From NCBI GenBank assembly GCA_038321985.1, contig JBBQFN010000004.1, positions 256,001 to 320,000 on the forward strand: 64,000 nt of DNA. Reading direction: 5' to 3'. Origin of the DNA: Cyanophyceae cyanobacterium. GTDB taxonomy: Bacteria > Cyanobacteriota > Cyanobacteriia > Cyanobacteriales > Laspinemataceae. The first letter of the stretch is position 1. Each line of letters begins with the position of its first letter. This document shows positions 20,192 to 31,256 of this stretch, in pieces. Under the pieces are notes generated by a model. It had not been told where the DNA came from, did not search any database, and saw only the letters and a program-made list of their open reading frames with translations. The position numbers and the translations under genes were made by a program.

Positions 20192-22024
20192 TCAATAAAT
20201 AATAGACTCGGAGTTAGGGGTAATAATCATCACCGGTTTTTGATATAGCGGGACGGTAAAGGTTACAGTCGAACCGAGTCCTTCTCCCATGCTATAAAAA
20301 TTAACCTCGCCGCCCATTGATTCGATTAGTTTTTGGGAAATTGCCAGTCCCAATCCTGTCCCCCCATATTGTCTGGTCCGTTCACCATCCACTTGAGAAA
20401 AAGACTGAAATAGTTTATCTTGTTTATCGAGAGAAACGCCGATGCCCGTGTCAGCTACCGCAACGGCGATCGCCCCCGGAAATTCTTGGTTTTGAAAAAA
20501 GACGGGATGATCGATGGGTTCAGCCGTAATGGTAATGCCCCCTTCATGGGTAAACTTAATGGCATTTCCCACTAAATTTAATAAAACTTGTAACAACCGC
20601 TGATAGTTACCATAAACAATAATTTCATCTTCCGTTAGAGGCTTATGAACTTGAAAATTTAATTTTTTTTGCTGCATCTGAATGCGGGCATGATTCTCAA
20701 CTCCGCTTAAGAGTTCATTGAATTTCACTGGACCCAAATCGAGTTCCATCTTGCCTGCTTCAATTTTGGCAATATCCAAAATATCATTAATCAAGTTGAG
20801 CAGATGGACGGCACTGCTATAGGCTTCTTTTAAAAATTCTTGCTTTTCTTCTTCATCTTCTGCCATGTCATCCACGACTAACTTAAGGAACCCGATAATG
20901 CCATTGAGGGGGGTCCGAAGTTCATGGGAAGTATTGGCGAGAAACTGACTTTTGATACGGGAAATTTCTTCCGCTTTTAGCCGCGCCTCTTCCAATTCTT
21001 CATAGAGGGTCGCATGAGCGATCGCCGTGCCGACTTGTTCGGCAAGTTCCTGGACTAACTCGATTTCCGCCATACTCCAGGGACGAAACTCCGGTATTGG
21101 TCCCGGTAAAGTTGAGTCGATTGCGAGGTTTTGTTCCCTGAGAATCCCGACGCGATCAAGGCAGATTAACCCATTGGGTCGATCTTGGTAGGACGTTGCC
21201 ACCACCAACATTGACTCGGGCTCGGAGGCGATCGCCTCGTGGGGACCCACCATCAGCGGCGTCTGGGTGAGCAAAACCTGCTTGAGGTAGGGATGCTCGA
21301 ATAGGTCTAGATCTCGACCTTCTAGGGGGGTTAAGGGCTTGTTGAGATACTCTGCCACCACCCTGACTTTTTGGTTGCCGTTCTTGTAGGGACAGATGAT
21401 ACAACGACTCACCCCTAGTGCCAACCCCAGCCCTTTTACCGTTTCACTCCAGATGGTATCCAAGTCTAGGGTGCGCCGGATCTTTCGCGCCATTTCCCCT
21501 AAAAGTTTTTGATAAAGTTCCGAACCCGGAGGCAAAGTCCGGCGAATACTTCCTAAAATGGTGCTGAGCAATTTCTGGTGCAAATCTAAGTGATTCGAGG
21601 CGATCGCCTGGAGATTACTAGATGGCTCGTCCTGTCCCGAAATCAGAGCATTTGGCAGTAACCGCCCTACGGCGAGGACTTCTATCGGTTCACCTTGAGG
21701 TGGGAAAATTGGGCTGATCGCCAGTTCAAATAAAAAGTATTGATCACCATACAAAAATGGATAGCTAAACCGCTCAGGAACTCGGGAGATTAACACTCGC
21801 TCCACCCGTTCTAAATAGGGGGTGATGCTTAAAGGTTTAAAAATATCTCCCACGAAAGTTCCGACGATTTCCTCGGAATTCAACCCGTATTTTTCGCCAT
21901 TTGACCAATAAAATGCTCGATATAAACCCGAGGCATTTTGAGTAAATGCCAATTGTGCTCCTAGGGATTTCAACCCGCTAGAATCATTTTTTTCGGGATA
22001 GGCTGGGAGGGTGGTGTCATTCAC
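20192..22024 (-). CDS. PAS-like/GAF sensor histidine kinase
   Basis: H-box SHELRTPLN, NLVGNAIKFT, GGTGLGLAIS; N-terminal PAS-like segment. Confidence 0.93.
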   Translation of the reverse strand: MNDTTLPAYPEKNDSSGLKSLGAQLAFTQNASGLYRAFYWSNGEKYGLNSEEIVGTFVGDIFKPLSITPYLERVERVLISRVPERFSYPFLYGDQYFLFELAISPIFPPQGEPIEVLAVGRLLPNALISGQDEPSSNLQAIASNHLDLHQKLLSTILGSIRRTLPPGSELYQKLLGEMARKIRRTLDLDTIWSETVKGLGLALGVSRCIICPYKNGNQKVRVVAEYLNKPLTPLEGRDLDLFEHPYLKQVLLTQTPLMVGPHEAIASEPESMLVVATSYQDRPNGLICLDRVGILREQNLAIDSTLPGPIPEFRPWSMAEIELVQELAEQVGTAIAHATLYEELEEARLKAEEISRIKSQFLANTSHELRTPLNGIIGFLKLVVDDMAEDEEEKQEFLKEAYSSAVHLLNLINDILDIAKIEAGKMELDLGPVKFNELLSGVENHARIQMQQKKLNFQVHKPLTEDEIIVYGNYQRLLQVLLNLVGNAIKFTHEGGITITAEPIDHPVFFQNQEFPGAIAVAVADTGIGVSLDKQDKLFQSFSQVDGERTRQYGGTGLGLAISQKLIESMGGEVNFYSMGEGLGSTVTFTVPLYQKPVMIITPNSESIIY

Positions 22025-22136
22025 AAGCCGAGGGAAATTATCACCGAATAGGGCATCACCAATGTTTCAAGCCCAACTACTGTTGCACATCCGTTAGGGA
22101 ATTAATAATTGGCCTTAGCGCGATAGGTATCTAGGC

Positions 22137-22367
22137 TCAATCATTCCACTCTCCACGGGGGGGAACGGGGGGATTCCGGGTTAAATTGCGCGTCAATTCA
22201 TCATCACGAGTGGTATCTCCTCGTAACCATTGCCGCAGGGCTGTTTCGATGACTTTGCTCGGATCATTGGTCAAATGACTGACGCGATCGAGCAGTTCAG
22301 GATCGATATGGATTGAAATCTCTACTTTTTCGGGGTTGCGACTATATTGCACAGCCTGATCGTTCAT
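22137..22367 (-). CDS. Small ribbon-helix-helix-like protein
   Basis: KVEISIHIDPELL...PSKVIETALRQWL strand-helix-helix pattern. Confidence 0.75.
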   Translation of the reverse strand: MNDQAVQYSRNPEKVEISIHIDPELLDRVSHLTNDPSKVIETALRQWLRGDTTRDDELTRNLTRNPPVPPRGEWND

Positions 22368-22369
22368 AC

Positions 22370-22535
22370 AGTTCTAGATTTTTAAACTTGAGTAAAGGTT
22401 ACACGGCTTATGGGAGTATCGGAGTGCCGGTCTACAATTCGAGTCCTCTGCACTTGATCGGGCCCTTGGAGTCGGCATTGAACAAGTGCAGGAGCGCTCT
22501 GGTGCATCAGTCCTAAAGAAGACCTGAGACTGATT
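22370..22535 (-). ncRNA. Candidate structured ncRNA / 5' leader
   Basis: TACAAT -10 at 22547-22542; hairpins ATCAGTC/GACTGAT and CTGCACTTG/CAAGTGCAG; no convincing ORF. Confidence 0.5.
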
Positions 22536-23028
22536 CTATCTATTGTACGACGCTGCTTCCAATCTATCTACTTAGATTGACCCATCTGGGAGGATAACGG
22601 CATGATTCCTCTGGGTTGTAGCTAGGAGCGAGGGTTGGCGATCGCCTCGGGGCTAACCTTTTTTGTAGCGAAAGCGATTACTAGGCTTTATTCGCCCCCT
22701 AACCCGCCTCGGAAAGCTAACCCTTACGCGGTCGGGTGGTGTTTAGAGCCTGCATCATGGGAATGGGTCATAGTGGTTTCAGAGTATCGATCGTATCACA
22801 GAATCAAAGGCTGTCAATCACAGCGGACGAAATGCGATCGCTCGATCGCAGAACAGAAACTGCTTAACCCGGGACCATCTCGGCCCGAAAAGTATTAAAA
22901 TGTGTTAAGAAATAGGGTAAAGGCAAGGAAATCGCCGGGGTCTACAGTGACCGGGGGTGACCACCCTTGTTAAGACCGCATTGCCCATTTCATCCGAAGC
23001 CTATCGCGCCGATAACTGACAAAAGCGT

Positions 23029-24840
23029 ATGACCGACGTTCCTGTATCTCGCATTCGTAATTTTTCAATCATTGCTCATATCGACCACGGAAAATCCACC
23101 TTGGCCGACCGTCTCCTCCAGGTGACTGGCACGGTGGAACAGCGGGCTATGAAGCAACAGTTCCTAGATAACATGGAACTAGAACGGGAGCGCGGCATTA
23201 CGATCAAGCTGCAAGCGGCCCGGATGAACTATCGGGCAAAAGACGGTGAAAAATATGTCCTTAACCTGATCGATACCCCCGGACACGTCGATTTTTCCTA
23301 CGAAGTATCCCGCTCCCTAGCGGCTTGTGAAGGGGCGCTGCTGGTGGTGGATGCCTCCCAAGGCGTAGAAGCCCAAACTTTAGCTAACCTTTACCTAGCC
23401 CTGGAATACGATTTAGCCATTATCCCGGTTCTGAATAAGATTGACCTACCGGGAGCAGAACCAGAACGGGTTAAAGAAGAAATTGAACAAATTATTGGTT
23501 TAGATTGTTCCGATGCAATTCTAACTTCAGCTAAAGAAGGAATCGGCATTGATGAGATTTTAGAGGCGATCGTCAAGCGGATTCCCGCGCCAAAAGATAC
23601 GGTAAACCAACCCCTACGAGCGCTAATTTTCGATAGTTATTATGATGCTTATCGCGGAGCGATCGCTTATTTTCGGGTGATGGATGGGACCCTGAAAAAA
23701 GGCGATCGCGTCCGGCTGATGGTCGCTGGGAAGGAATACGATGCGGACGAAATTGGCGTACTCTCCCCCACCCAACAACCCCTAGACGAACTTCATGCCG
23801 GGGAAGTGGGGTATCTCGCAGCAGCCATCAAAACCGTAGAAGATGCCCGGGTCGGCGATACGATTACCCTGGCGCAAAACCCAGCCCAAACCCCCCTCCC
23901 CGGCTACACTGAAGCCAATCCCATGGTCTTCTGTGGACTCTTTCCCACGGATGCGGACCAATTTGAGGACCTGCGCGAAGCCCTCCAACGCCTCAAACTC
24001 AACGATGCCTCCCTTTCTTATGAACCGGAAACTTCCAGCGCGATGGGGTTTGGCTTCCGCTGCGGATTCTTAGGGCTCCTGCACATGGAAATCGTCCAGG
24101 AACGCCTAGAACGGGAGTATGACCTGGATTTAATCACCACCGCGCCCTCGGTGGTTTATCTGGTCACCAAAATTAACGGTGAAAAGGTCTACGTTGATAA
24201 TCCCAGTCTATTACCCGGTCCCCAAGAACGGGAAAAAATCGAGGAACCTTATGTGCGGGTGGAGATGATTACTCCAGAAACGTACGTGGGGGCTTTGATG
24301 GAACTCTGTCAGACTCGGCGTGGGGAGTTTACGGATATGAAATACCTCACCCCGGAACGGACTACTCTGGTGTACGAGTTGCCGTTGGCGGAGGTGGTGA
24401 CCGACTTTTTTGATCAGATGAAGTCGCGATCGCGCGGGTATGCCAGCATGGAATATCACGTCATCGGCTATCGGGAGAATCCTCTAGTACGGATGGATAT
24501 TCTGATTAAAAACGACCTCGTAGATGCTCTGGCGATGATTGTCCATCGTGATAAAGCCTATGTGATGGGACGCGCCTTAGTAGAAAAACTCAAGGAACTG
24601 ATCCCCCGGCATCAATTTAAGGTCCCTCTCCAGGCTTCAATTGGCTCTCGGGTAATTGCCAGCGAAAATATTCCCGCCCTGCGGAAGGATGTATTGGCAA
24701 AATGTTATGGCGGCGACATTTCCCGGAAAAAGAAACTGCTGAAAAAACAAGCCAAGGGTAAGAAACGCCTCAAGGCGATCGGGACGGTGGATGTTCCCCA
24801 AGAAGCATTTATGGCAGTCCTCAAGCTCGATCGCACTTAA
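23029..24840 (+). CDS. lepA: Translation elongation factor 4
   Basis: [37 protein letters not shown]. Confidence 0.98.
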   Translation: MTDVPVSRIRNFSIIAHIDHGKSTLADRLLQVTGTVEQRAMKQQFLDNMELERERGITIKLQAARMNYRAKDGEKYVLNLIDTPGHVDFSYEVSRSLAACEGALLVVDASQGVEAQTLANLYLALEYDLAIIPVLNKIDLPGAEPERVKEEIEQIIGLDCSDAILTSAKEGIGIDEILEAIVKRIPAPKDTVNQPLRALIFDSYYDAYRGAIAYFRVMDGTLKKGDRVRLMVAGKEYDADEIGVLSPTQQPLDELHAGEVGYLAAAIKTVEDARVGDTITLAQNPAQTPLPGYTEANPMVFCGLFPTDADQFEDLREALQRLKLNDASLSYEPETSSAMGFGFRCGFLGLLHMEIVQERLEREYDLDLITTAPSVVYLVTKINGEKVYVDNPSLLPGPQEREKIEEPYVRVEMITPETYVGALMELCQTRRGEFTDMKYLTPERTTLVYELPLAEVVTDFFDQMKSRSRGYASMEYHVIGYRENPLVRMDILIKNDLVDALAMIVHRDKAYVMGRALVEKLKELIPRHQFKVPLQASIGSRVIASENIPALRKDVLAKCYGGDISRKKKLLKKQAKGKKRLKAIGTVDVPQEAFMAVLKLDRT

Positions 24841-24897
24841 AACTGTGAGGTTTAAGGATTTTATAACAAAACGTAAAGTTTTAAATAACTTTGCTTC

Positions 24898-24924
24898 AAA
24901 AGCGCCGGAAACGGCGCTTTTTTT
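24898..24924 (+). terminator. Intrinsic terminator after lepA
   Basis: AAAAGCGCCG-GAAA-CGGCGCTTTTTTT. Confidence 0.85.
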
Positions 24925-25006
24925 GTTATTTTAAGAAAGAATTTACTCAACTGCCATATTTTTATCCGATGGCTCTGTCCTCTCTAACTCTAAGTAGCTT
25001 ACAAGT

Positions 25007-25939
25007 ATGAGAATATTGGTTACAGGTGGTGCCGGTTTTATTGGTTCCCATCTCATCGATCGGTTAATGGCCCAAGGTCATGATGTATTATGCTTGGATA
25101 ACTTTTTTACGGGCGATAAGCGCAACATCAGTAAATGGTTAGGAAACCCCTATTTTGAATTAATTCGCCACGACGTCACCGAACCGATTCGGTTAGAAGT
25201 GGAGCAGATCTATCATTTAGCTTGTCCTGCATCGCCGGTTCACTACCAGTACAATCCGGTAAAAACAATTAAAACCAACGTCATTGGCACGATGAATATG
25301 TTGGGACTCGCCAAGCGAGTTAAGGCCAGACTTTTAATGGCTTCTACTTCTGAAGTCTATGGCGACCCTGATGTGCATCCCCAAACGGAAGACTATCGCG
25401 GAAATGTTAATACGATCGGCATTCGGAGTTGTTACGACGAAGGAAAACGAGTCGCTGAAACCTTGTGTTTTGATTACCACCGTCAAAATAATGTAGACAT
25501 TCGGGTAGCTCGAATTTTTAACACATTCGGGTCAAGAATGTTAGAAAATGATGGACGAGTCGTGAGCAATTTTGTCGTTCAAGCCTTGCGAGGAATTCCC
25601 TTAACCGTATATGGAGATGGTTCGCAAACCCGGAGTTTCTGCTATGTTTCTGACTTAGTAGAAGGCTTAATGCGGTTGATGAATGGAGAGCATATCGGCC
25701 CGATTAATTTGGGAAATCCGGATGAATACACTATTTTACAATTGGCAGAAAAAATCCAAAAGATGGTAAATCCGGATGCGGACATTCAATTTAAGCCCCT
25801 CCCCCAAGACGACCCTCGCCAGCGGCAACCGGATATCACCCTCGCGAAGACTTGGCTAGGATGGGAGCCACAGGTGCACGTAGATGAAGGATTAAAATTG
25901 ACTATAGAAGATTTTCGCAGCCGCCTGATATCTCAGTAA
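25007..25939 (+). CDS. UDP-glucuronate decarboxylase (UDP-xylose synthase family SDR)
   Basis: [33 protein letters not shown]. Confidence 0.93.
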   Translation: MRILVTGGAGFIGSHLIDRLMAQGHDVLCLDNFFTGDKRNISKWLGNPYFELIRHDVTEPIRLEVEQIYHLACPASPVHYQYNPVKTIKTNVIGTMNMLGLAKRVKARLLMASTSEVYGDPDVHPQTEDYRGNVNTIGIRSCYDEGKRVAETLCFDYHRQNNVDIRVARIFNTFGSRMLENDGRVVSNFVVQALRGIPLTVYGDGSQTRSFCYVSDLVEGLMRLMNGEHIGPINLGNPDEYTILQLAEKIQKMVNPDADIQFKPLPQDDPRQRQPDITLAKTWLGWEPQVHVDEGLKLTIEDFRSRLISQ

Positions 25940-26211
25940 CCGAATGGGGTAGTCTCTTCATAGGAGAATCCTCAACCTATCTTCGGCAGGGATTCTCCGG
26001 AACGGGTTAGAGTAGAATCACGATTAGCCTAGGGTGCAGCATACAAAATTGGGACTAAAGGAAGGAGAGGGAAAGCCAAAATAAGCGATCGCCTAAAATT
26101 GAAAGTTAGGATGAAATTAAGATTTCGCAAGCATTTCTACCGGCCTCTTTTTCAAGGGATATCCTTTCTTCTTCCGAGTACAGAATTCTATAATTTGCAG
26201 GAGATACCTTT

Positions 26212-27591
26212 ATGCGGGTTTGTGTTATTGGTACGGGATACGTTGGCTTAGTTACAGGAGCTTGTTTAGCCTACGTCGGTCATCATGTGATCTGTGTTGA
26301 CAATAACGAAGAAAAAGTCAAATTGATGAAATCTGGACGGTCCCCGATTTACGAACCAGGACTGTCTGAAATCATGCAGGAGTCCTCTGAAGCCGGACGC
26401 TTAGAATTCACCACCGACTTACAATATGGCGTCTCCCACGGGGAGATTTTATTCATTGCCGTAGGTACGCCACCCCTCCCCACCGGAGAAAGTGATACCC
26501 GTTATGTAGAAGCCGTAGCGCGAGGCATCGGTGCTCATCTGGATAAAGGCTATAAAGTCATTGTAAACAAATCTACAGTACCCATCGGTTCTGGGGACTG
26601 GGTACGAATGATTGTCCTAGATGGTGTTACGGAACGTCATCAAGCTGAAGGCAGTAAAGACGAAACTGCTAAAAAACTCGGTGTGGAATTTGATGTGGTG
26701 AGCAATCCCGAATTTCTGCGGGAAGGGTCGGCAGTTTATGACACCTTTAACCCGGATCGGATTGTGCTGGGTAGCAACAACCCCCGCGCCCTTAAAATGA
26801 TGGAAGAACTTTATCAACCCGTCATTCAGCGCAAGTTTGCAGAAGACCCTTCCTTACCGCCGGTTCCTGTCGTGTTCACGGACATCAGTTCAGCGGAAAT
26901 GATTAAGTATGCTGCCAATGCATTCTTAGCGACTAAAATCAGTTTTATCAACGAAATCGCCAACGTTTGCGATCGCGTTGGTGCTGATGTCGTTCAAGTT
27001 GCTAAAGGCATGGGTCTCGACTCCCGTATTGGCACCAAATTCTTACAAGCTGGCATCGGTTGGGGGGGGTCTTGTTTCCCCAAAGATGTCTCAGCAATGG
27101 TGCATACTGCCGATGACTATGGCTATGATGCTCAGTTACTCAAAGCGGCGATCGAAGTTAACAAACGTCAGCGTCAAATTGCCATTGAAAAATTGCAGCA
27201 TGAACTAAAAATTCTCAAAGGTAAAACCATCGGATTATTAGGGTTAACCTTCAAACCGGATACGGACGATATGCGCGATGCACCGGCGCTAAATTTAATC
27301 GAACAACTCAACCGTTTGGGTGCGAAAGTGAAAGCCTATGACCCAATTGTTTCTCAAACTGGGATTGGTCAAGGTTTAACTGGGGTATTAGTTGAAACCG
27401 ACCCGGAACGGTTGGCCGATGGTTGTGATGCTTTAGTTCTAGTCACGGACTGGAAGCAATTCCAAACCTTAAATTATGAGAAAATGGCGCAATTGATGAA
27501 CCACCCTGTCATCATTGATGGTCGTAACTTCCTCGATCGCGAAATGCTGCAAAAAGCCGGGTTCCGTTATGTAGGAATTGGACGGTCTTAA
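26212..27591 (+). CDS. ugd: UDP-glucose 6-dehydrogenase
   Basis: GTGYVG, SNPEFLREG, GGSCFPKD catalytic Cys motif. Confidence 0.95.
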   Translation: MRVCVIGTGYVGLVTGACLAYVGHHVICVDNNEEKVKLMKSGRSPIYEPGLSEIMQESSEAGRLEFTTDLQYGVSHGEILFIAVGTPPLPTGESDTRYVEAVARGIGAHLDKGYKVIVNKSTVPIGSGDWVRMIVLDGVTERHQAEGSKDETAKKLGVEFDVVSNPEFLREGSAVYDTFNPDRIVLGSNNPRALKMMEELYQPVIQRKFAEDPSLPPVPVVFTDISSAEMIKYAANAFLATKISFINEIANVCDRVGADVVQVAKGMGLDSRIGTKFLQAGIGWGGSCFPKDVSAMVHTADDYGYDAQLLKAAIEVNKRQRQIAIEKLQHELKILKGKTIGLLGLTFKPDTDDMRDAPALNLIEQLNRLGAKVKAYDPIVSQTGIGQGLTGVLVETDPERLADGCDALVLVTDWKQFQTLNYEKMAQLMNHPVIIDGRNFLDREMLQKAGFRYVGIGRS

Positions 27592-27632
27592 CTCTTAGTT
27601 ATTAACGGGTAGGAGTTGTAAATCTCCTGGGT

Positions 27633-27660
27633 GTAGAGATGCGATGTTTCGCGTCTCTAC
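27633..27660. repeat. GTAG-flanked palindromic REP-like element
   Basis: GTAGAGATGCGA-TGTT-TCGCGTCTCTAC between convergent ugd and chrA. Confidence 0.7.
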
Positions 27661-27679
27661 GCCGTTTATACCCAATTTT

Positions 27680-28873
27680 TTAACGGAGAAAATTCAACAT
27701 CCAACCGGCGATCGCGCCGCCGAAAACTAGCCAAGCAGCATTGACGCGCCAACCCAAGGCAAAAATAGCGGCGATCGCCGCAATTAAAGCCGCAATCCAA
27801 TCAATTCTTACCAGCGCACTCCATAGCGGCATTCCGATAAAATTAATCCCTAGAGTGCTGATAGCCAATTCAACCGTAACCACCGCCATCAGTGCCACTG
27901 CGCTAACATTAATCGCATCTAAAAAAGCTGAAGTCCATTTGCTTGCGCGCAAGCGTGGAATCCAGGGATTAAGAATTAACACAAACAGAAACGAAGGCAA
28001 AGTAATCCCCAAAGTCGAGACAATTGCACCGGGAAATCCGCCGATAACATACCCGATAAAAGTAGCCGTGGTCAGCAAAGGACCCGGAGTGACTTGACCC
28101 ATTGCCACGGCATCTAATAATTGTTGCTGAGTCAACCAGCCAAATTCATCCACTAATTGACCCTGTAAAAAGGCAATTAATACATAACCACTGCCATATA
28201 AAACGCTACCCACTTTCAAGAAAAATAACCCCAATTTCCACAAGGTAACGGGTTCTGAATTTAGGGTTTTAACCGGAGATAAACTGCTGGGAGTTTGGGA
28301 TAAAACCAACCCAAAAAGCCATGCGTTTAAAGTGGATTCATGACGCCAATTTAACCAAACTGCACCGAATATTCCGCCCAAAAACAAGGCGACTACTTCA
28401 TTAACGCCTAAACCAACAGCAATAGCAGTGGCGATCGCAATCATCAACAATTCCCGAGACTTCACCGCTTTTTTACCTAAGCGCCATACGGCTGCTAAAA
28501 TCACCGCTAAAACTGCCGGTTTAATGCCATACAGAAACGGATTAACCTGGGGTAATTCTCCAAACTGAACATATCCCCACGCCAAAGCTGCTGTCATCAA
28601 CACCGCAGGGACAACAAAACAAGTCCCCGCCACAATTAATCCCAACCCACCGGCATAAATATAGCCAATATGAATCGCCATTTCCGTAGAATTGGGTCCG
28701 GGGATTAAGTTTGTGGCACCTACGAGGTCCAGAAATTGCTCTTGGGTTAGCCATTCTCGCCGATGGACCACTTCATCTTCCATCATGGCAATATGTGCCG
28801 CAGGACCTCCAAACCCAATGATACCGAGTTTGAGAAAAACTTGTGCGAGTTCTGATAGGTGGGAGAGGTTCAT
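27680..28873 (-). CDS. chrA: Chromate efflux transporter (long-chain CHR)
   Basis: Two homologous halves with FGGPAAH...PGP and YGSGY...TPGP. Confidence 0.93.
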   Translation of the reverse strand: MNLSHLSELAQVFLKLGIIGFGGPAAHIAMMEDEVVHRREWLTQEQFLDLVGATNLIPGPNSTEMAIHIGYIYAGGLGLIVAGTCFVVPAVLMTAALAWGYVQFGELPQVNPFLYGIKPAVLAVILAAVWRLGKKAVKSRELLMIAIATAIAVGLGVNEVVALFLGGIFGAVWLNWRHESTLNAWLFGLVLSQTPSSLSPVKTLNSEPVTLWKLGLFFLKVGSVLYGSGYVLIAFLQGQLVDEFGWLTQQQLLDAVAMGQVTPGPLLTTATFIGYVIGGFPGAIVSTLGITLPSFLFVLILNPWIPRLRASKWTSAFLDAINVSAVALMAVVTVELAISTLGINFIGMPLWSALVRIDWIAALIAAIAAIFALGWRVNAAWLVFGGAIAGWMLNFLR

Positions 28874-28931
28874 TTTTAACCACAGATTTCACGGATTTTC
28901 ACGGATGAAAGAGAGGAGATGGGGACGGAGG

Positions 28932-31103
28932 TTATTTGAGGTAAATTAGGAGGTTTAATCCGGGGATGGTTCGGGAGAGAGTCCAGAGGAGGAGGCTGAG
29001 ATAGAGGAGGCCGAGGGTCCATTGATACCAGACTAAACTGGAGATGATACCGGGGAGATGTTCGTCTCGCAGGCGGATGTCATTGAAGCCAAATTTTAGC
29101 AGGTTATTGAGGCTGAAATCGTAGTAATTTAGCCAGTTCCATCGGCGGTTCCAAAGGAGGGGGAGATAGCGTTCTCTCATGGCGGGAAAGCGGGGGATGA
29201 TGGGTAAGCGTCCGATCGCCAAGCGGAGTTGCCGCATTCCGGTATCTTCTACAAAATAGCTGGAGTCGATTAGGTTATGATAGCGACCTTTTTTGTAGAG
29301 AATGGCTAATAAAATGGTAGGGAGGGGAACAATAACAATTGCCAAACAGGTTAAGGTTAATAGGGGTTCATTGCTAGTGCGAATAATGGCTAACATTCCG
29401 GTACCTCCTAATCCGAGACAAGTGGACAGCATCCAGGGGGTTTCAAAGGCAGTTGGAACGATGGGTTTGGGAAGAATCCGGCGATAGCGATCGACAAACC
29501 AAAATAAAACACTGAAATAGGCGATCGCCACCAGTCCCACCCCAAAAATTAGCCAAAAGCTGGTCCCGTATCGCGTCAGCAGCAGGAGTACACTTAATCC
29601 TAACCAATGGACTGCCGTTCGGAACCTAGCCGCCAGAGAAAGGGGTTCACCTGCCACCGCGCGATCGCGTAATTTGATATAACTGGCTAAGTCAATTTCT
29701 TTTAGATTCAGGACTTCACTCACATTACCAAAGATGAGATCGCCTTGACTACGGACAATCGCATCGGCTTGATTTTCCGATAATCCTAGTTTGATTAGCT
29801 GTTGTTGAGAAGCGGTATTAATATTAATTCCGGCTAATTTATGAAATAGACTCTTCTGGCGCAGATGTTCAGTCAAATATTCCATCTGATTGGCATCAGC
29901 AATTTGTTCTTGTTGTCGGAAATTTCGGACTAACTGACGCAGAAGGGTTTCATTCCCCGGTAGAGTAGGAAGGGACAGCTTTTTGCCAATTTGTCCGGGG
30001 TCGCCAGTGATTCTAGCGGATTCCGAATCAAACCGCAATCCGGCAACATTAATATAAGCAGAATTAGCAAATGTGCTATCGCTGAAAGCCAAGCGATCGC
30101 GAAGGCTAGACTCCCGCAAATTGATAGACTGATTAAATGAAGTTTCTCGAAAACTGGCAATATTACGAAAATTAGTTTCGGTTAAAAATAACGATTCAGC
30201 AAACTTAGCACGGTCAAATAAAGCTGGGTTTTCCCACTTACAACCACTAAAATCAGCATGACTATTCCACTGCGATCGCGTAAAATTAGCTAACTGATTA
30301 AACTGGACTTGATTAAAATTTCCCGAACCTTCAAACCGAGTGGCTTTAAAATTAGCCACTCCTTGAAATAAGCCTTGATTAAACCTAATATCTTGAAAGA
30401 ACATACTGCCTTGAAATCGAGCTTCTGCTGCAAAATTGGCTCCTGCAAAGCTGCTAAGTTTACTGAATCGAGTTTCGGACCAATCCGCTAATTTATCAAA
30501 ATTTGCTCCCATTGCTTCAACGCGATTCAGGAAAAAACTATGGTTAAAATTAACCTCTCCCATAAAATGAGTATGAACCAGTTTAATGGGTTCTTGAAAT
30601 AAAGTAATTTCTACTTGATCCGGGGGAACACCAAGCAGCGATCGCGACAGTTGACTCAAACGCGCCAACCGGGTGCGATCGCGTTGAAGCTGCGATCGCT
30701 CTTGATCGGAGAATAACGGTAAAAAAGTCTCTCCGTAAAGCGGTGCTCTCAAGCCTAACTCATTTCCGGCAAAATCTCCCTTAATAATAGAATAGGATAA
30801 ATCTAAGGCGATCGGTGTTCCGGACCGATTCAGTTGATTTTGCAAAAGTGGATAAAATCGGTTTCTAAACTCTTCATTAGTGGGGGTCAAATCGATAACA
30901 AACTCGCGTAAATCAATAGTCCGGACCCCTTCCAAAGTAATCGGGGAGTTAATTCGCTGTTGTAATTGCTCTAGGGTGAGCTGTTCTAGGGTATCTAGGT
31001 TAGGGTTTAAGGGGGTAGTTTCTGCATTAGCGGGTAGAGAAATTACTGAGTTAAAGATTAAAGCTATAAAGATTATAAAAACTAAAATTATTTGCTTTTT
31101 CAT
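28932..31103 (-). CDS. Pentapeptide-repeat / HhH / multi-TM membrane protein
   Basis: Signal-like N-terminus, AxFxxxxF repeats, ININTAS HhH-like segment, C-terminal TM helices. Confidence 0.8.
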   Translation of the reverse strand: MKKQIILVFIIFIALIFNSVISLPANAETTPLNPNLDTLEQLTLEQLQQRINSPITLEGVRTIDLREFVIDLTPTNEEFRNRFYPLLQNQLNRSGTPIALDLSYSIIKGDFAGNELGLRAPLYGETFLPLFSDQERSQLQRDRTRLARLSQLSRSLLGVPPDQVEITLFQEPIKLVHTHFMGEVNFNHSFFLNRVEAMGANFDKLADWSETRFSKLSSFAGANFAAEARFQGSMFFQDIRFNQGLFQGVANFKATRFEGSGNFNQVQFNQLANFTRSQWNSHADFSGCKWENPALFDRAKFAESLFLTETNFRNIASFRETSFNQSINLRESSLRDRLAFSDSTFANSAYINVAGLRFDSESARITGDPGQIGKKLSLPTLPGNETLLRQLVRNFRQQEQIADANQMEYLTEHLRQKSLFHKLAGININTASQQQLIKLGLSENQADAIVRSQGDLIFGNVSEVLNLKEIDLASYIKLRDRAVAGEPLSLAARFRTAVHWLGLSVLLLLTRYGTSFWLIFGVGLVAIAYFSVLFWFVDRYRRILPKPIVPTAFETPWMLSTCLGLGGTGMLAIIRTSNEPLLTLTCLAIVIVPLPTILLAILYKKGRYHNLIDSSYFVEDTGMRQLRLAIGRLPIIPRFPAMRERYLPLLWNRRWNWLNYYDFSLNNLLKFGFNDIRLRDEHLPGIISSLVWYQWTLGLLYLSLLLWTLSRTIPGLNLLIYLK

Positions 31104-31154
31104 CCAGATTTTTATTAAAATTAAAAATAATTCAGAGATATATCTCCTATGTTT

Positions 31155-31245
31155 GTAGTAACGACTTTATTCCTTATTCCAATCTTAGAAAGAAACGACT
31201 AAAGTCGTTACTACAAACCAAAGAAACGAGTGAAGTCGTTACTAC
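31155..31245. repeat. Three GTAG-hairpin REP-like repeats
   Basis: 31155-31175(+), 31194-31214(-), 31225-31245(-); same consensus as the 3327-3437 cluster. Confidence 0.85.
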
Positions 31246-31256
31246 AAACTTACTTA

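Noticed and set aside
22137..22367. RHH protein as a CcdA-type antitoxin of a TA pair
   Set aside because: No toxin gene is adjacent; the downstream gene is a histidine kinase.
22440..22500. glmS ribozyme or 6S RNA identity for the structured RNA
   Set aside because: Only superficial AGCGC...GAGG similarity; core consensus and gene context do not fit.
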